This document shows positions 61,330-64,000 of a stretch of 64,000 nt of DNA, piece after piece (the first letter of the stretch is position 1; the number at the start of each line of letters is the position of its first letter). Below the pieces are notes generated by a model. That model was given only the letters and a program-made list of their open reading frames with translations, ran no database searches and was not told the DNA's origin. This DNA comes from Negaprion brevirostris (Eukaryota): positions 38,374,456 through 38,438,455 of the forward strand of contig JARDVH010000115.1 of NCBI GenBank assembly GCA_030324005.1. The letters are read 5' to 3'. A program made the translations under genes and the position numbers.

Positions 61330-63800
61330 ATGGCTATGCATTATCCCACAAATACATTGCAGTCTTATATTTTTCCCCAGTTTTTTCAAACAAAAGTAAT
61401 AGTGAAGAGAACACCAGTTACAGCGAGGGAAAGAGTGGAAATGGAAAGCCAGATGCTGCTTAGAGCAGATGAATCTGTTTCAAGCAGACTAAATTATCAT
61501 TGCCATAAAATGGGGCATATAAAGGCAGATTACTGGAACTAGGCTAGCCACACCGACCCCTGTTGACTATGGCAAGGTCTGTAAGATATAACAGCTGCAA
61601 GGTGAAGGCATGTAAAATCGCCAGCTCCAACGCACCCCTCCTCGATGAGCTCAGTGTATACTGTGCCCATTTTGAGCAAGAGGTCAGCTTCCACCCTGGA
61701 AGTCCTGGATGAACCTTTTTATCTGGGGTCACTGCAGATGTCAGAGTGACTTTCTCGAAGGTCAACCCATGGAAAGCGACTGGCCTGGTTGGGGTATCTG
61801 GACAAGCGCTCAGATCCTGCATGTAGGTATTCACAGACATCTTCAACCTCTCTTTACAACAATCTGAGATCCCTATCTGCTTCAAGAAAACAACTATCAT
61901 CCCACCACCTAAGAAAAACAAAGCAGTATGCCTTAATGACTATCGGCCAGTGGCTCTGACATCCATGATTATGAAGTGCTTCGAAAGGCTAGTAATGGCA
62001 TAAGTTAATTCCAGTCTCCTGGACTACCTGAATCCACTACAGTTTGCCTACCGCTGCAAAAGGTCCACAGCAGATGCCATCTCCCTGGCCTTGCACTCAA
62101 CCCTGGAACACCCATACAACAAAGACACTTATATCGGACTCCTATTTATTGACTAGAGCTCAGCCTTAAAAACCATTATTCCTATGAAACTCAGTTCAAC
62201 TGTGTGGCCTGGGCCTCGGCACCTCCCTCTGCGACTAGATCCTGAACTTCCTAACTCAGACCACAATCAATAAGGCTAGGCAACAAAACCTCCATGATCA
62301 TCCTCAACACCAGTGCCCTACAAGGCTGTTTTCCCAGCCATCTACTATAATCCTCATACACATAATTGTGTGGCCAAATTCCCCTCCAATTTGATTTTCA
62401 AGTTTGTTGACTCACCATCGTAGTGGGTTGGATCTCAAACAATGATGCGACAGTACAGGAATGAGAGAGAGAACCTGGTAAACTGGTGCAGCAACAATAA
62501 CCTCTCCCTCAGTGTCAACAAAATGATGGNNNNNNNNNNNNNNNNNNNNNNNNNNNNNNNNNNNNNNNNNNNNNNNNNNNNNNNNNNNNNNNNNNNNNNN
62601 NNNNNNNNNNNNNNNNNNNNNNNNNNNNNCCTTGTCTACATCAACAGGGATGAAGTAGAAAGGGCCAGGAGCTTCAAGTTTTTAGGTGTCCAGATCATCA
62701 TCAACCCCATTGCTGACACAATCGTTAAAGCCCACCAACGCCTTTGCTTTCTCAGAAGACTAAGGAAATTTGGCATCTCAACAAGAACTCTCTCCAACGT
62801 TTACAGATGCATCGTAGAAAGCATTCTTTCTGGTAGTATCACAGCTTGGTATGGTTCCTGCTTTGCCCAAAACTGCAAGGAACTACAAAAGGTCGTGAAT
62901 GTAGCCCAATCCATCAGGCAAATTAGCCTCCTGTCCATTGACTCTGCTACAATTGCAACACTCTCGGCAAAGCAGCCAGCATAATTAAGGATCCTGGACA
63001 GCCCAGACATTCTCTCTTCCACCTTCCGTTGGGAAAAAGATTCAAAAGTCTGAGATCAAGTACCAACCGACTCGAGAATAGCTTCTTCCCTGCTGCTGTC
63101 AGATTTTTGAATGGGCTTACCTTGCATTAAGTTGATCTTCCTTTGCACCCTAGCTATGACTGTAACACAACATTCCGCACTTTCTCATTTCCCTCCCTAT
63201 GAACAGTATGCTTTGTATAGCGCGTAAGAAACAATACTTTTCACTATGCTAATACGTGACAATAAAATCAAAGTTGCAAGTTAAGCTGATAAATTTTGTG
63301 GGAGTGTCTTGTATTTCGCATGAAAATGCTATTCTAATGACTGAAGCTTGTGACAAACCAATGCCATCTAATGTATTTAAACTGGTTTAAATCAGAACAT
63401 AAGGGGAGTTATATTTGAGGGTGATGTATTTTTGATAAAGGAGCCAAAGATCTTAAGAGGCATGGGTTTGGCTCAAGGCTCGATGTTAGCAAAAGCTAAC
63501 ATTTCCCTCCAGAGTTCACAAAATAAAATTCTGTTGATGGAAATTGTTCACATGTTCCATTTGTGTAGAGTGAATTTAAACTGTGCTTTAATCAGTCAGT
63601 CTATTAATAGCCAAGGGAACAATCTTGCCAGAGACCTTGTTCTGTGTCCAGGTGTTTCCACAAAATCCATTGTGGGCAAATGTGAGGATGTATCAGTGAA
63701 CTTTGAATGACATACTTATTTTTAGATCTGTTCCAAAAAACAATGGCTTTACTTGGATGCCTGAAGAGTCAAAAGTTAAAACCTCTGAAATTGAAAAGAA
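61330..63800 (+). mobile_element. Very decayed Gypsy-like (Gmr1-type) gag/protease remnant split by the Rex1 insertion
   Basis: YHCHKMGHIKADYW zinc-knuckle remnant just before 61545; HLCRVNLNC...GNNLA after 63550. Confidence 0.4.
61545..63272 (+). mobile_element. 5'-truncated Rex1/Babar-type LINE (RT), decayed
   Basis: [86 protein letters not shown]; ends gtgacaataaaatcaaa. Confidence 0.88.
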
Positions 63801-64000
63801 ATTGAAGCCTCAGACTTGGCCTCAGCAGAGAGTTAAAACAAGCCAGAAATTGGATCTGCCTCTCTCTTAAACTTGCCTGAGTAACTGGAATAGAGGTGTC
63901 AAAACTGAATACAGCAGCAAAAGAGAGACTATGTATTAGAGCAAAATGACTTGACTCAAATGGATGCTGTTCCTGAGCAACTACGAGTATGAATTAGATT

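Noticed and set aside
1-64000. CRISPR arrays, prokaryotic operons or defence systems
   Set aside because: The sequence is vertebrate intron-exon DNA; the recurring motifs are dispersed SINE/LINE copies, not regularly spaced repeats.

Overview
This is eukaryotic genomic DNA from a cartilaginous fish (shark-type V-SINE/HE1-like SINEs and abundant CR1 LINEs; AT-rich, with many N-gaps that mostly fall in repeats). The window lies within a single + strand gene, kinectin (KTN1). I could trace 23 coding exons from the ATG at 7901 to 59565 (about 882 codons) with GT-AG boundaries and consistent phases. The promoter and first non-coding exon lie upstream of the window and the C-terminal exons lie downstream. 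The coiled-coil half is built from a repeated three-exon module (69/38/91 nt = 66 aa). The introns contain decayed CR1, L2, Rex1/Babar and Tx1 LINEs, tRNA-derived SINEs, an internally deleted Mag-type Gypsy LTR element, Penelope-like elements with inverted terminal arms and hammerhead-like cores, and a tRNA-Ala(TGC) copy. The most interesting leads are a candidate in-frame 114-nt cassette exon (12198-12311), the palindromic Penelope-derived element at 21250-21571, and the exon-module architecture. Nearly all ORFs in the supplied track are incidental. Comparisons with human KTN1 and with transposon families are from memory of those families, not from database searches.
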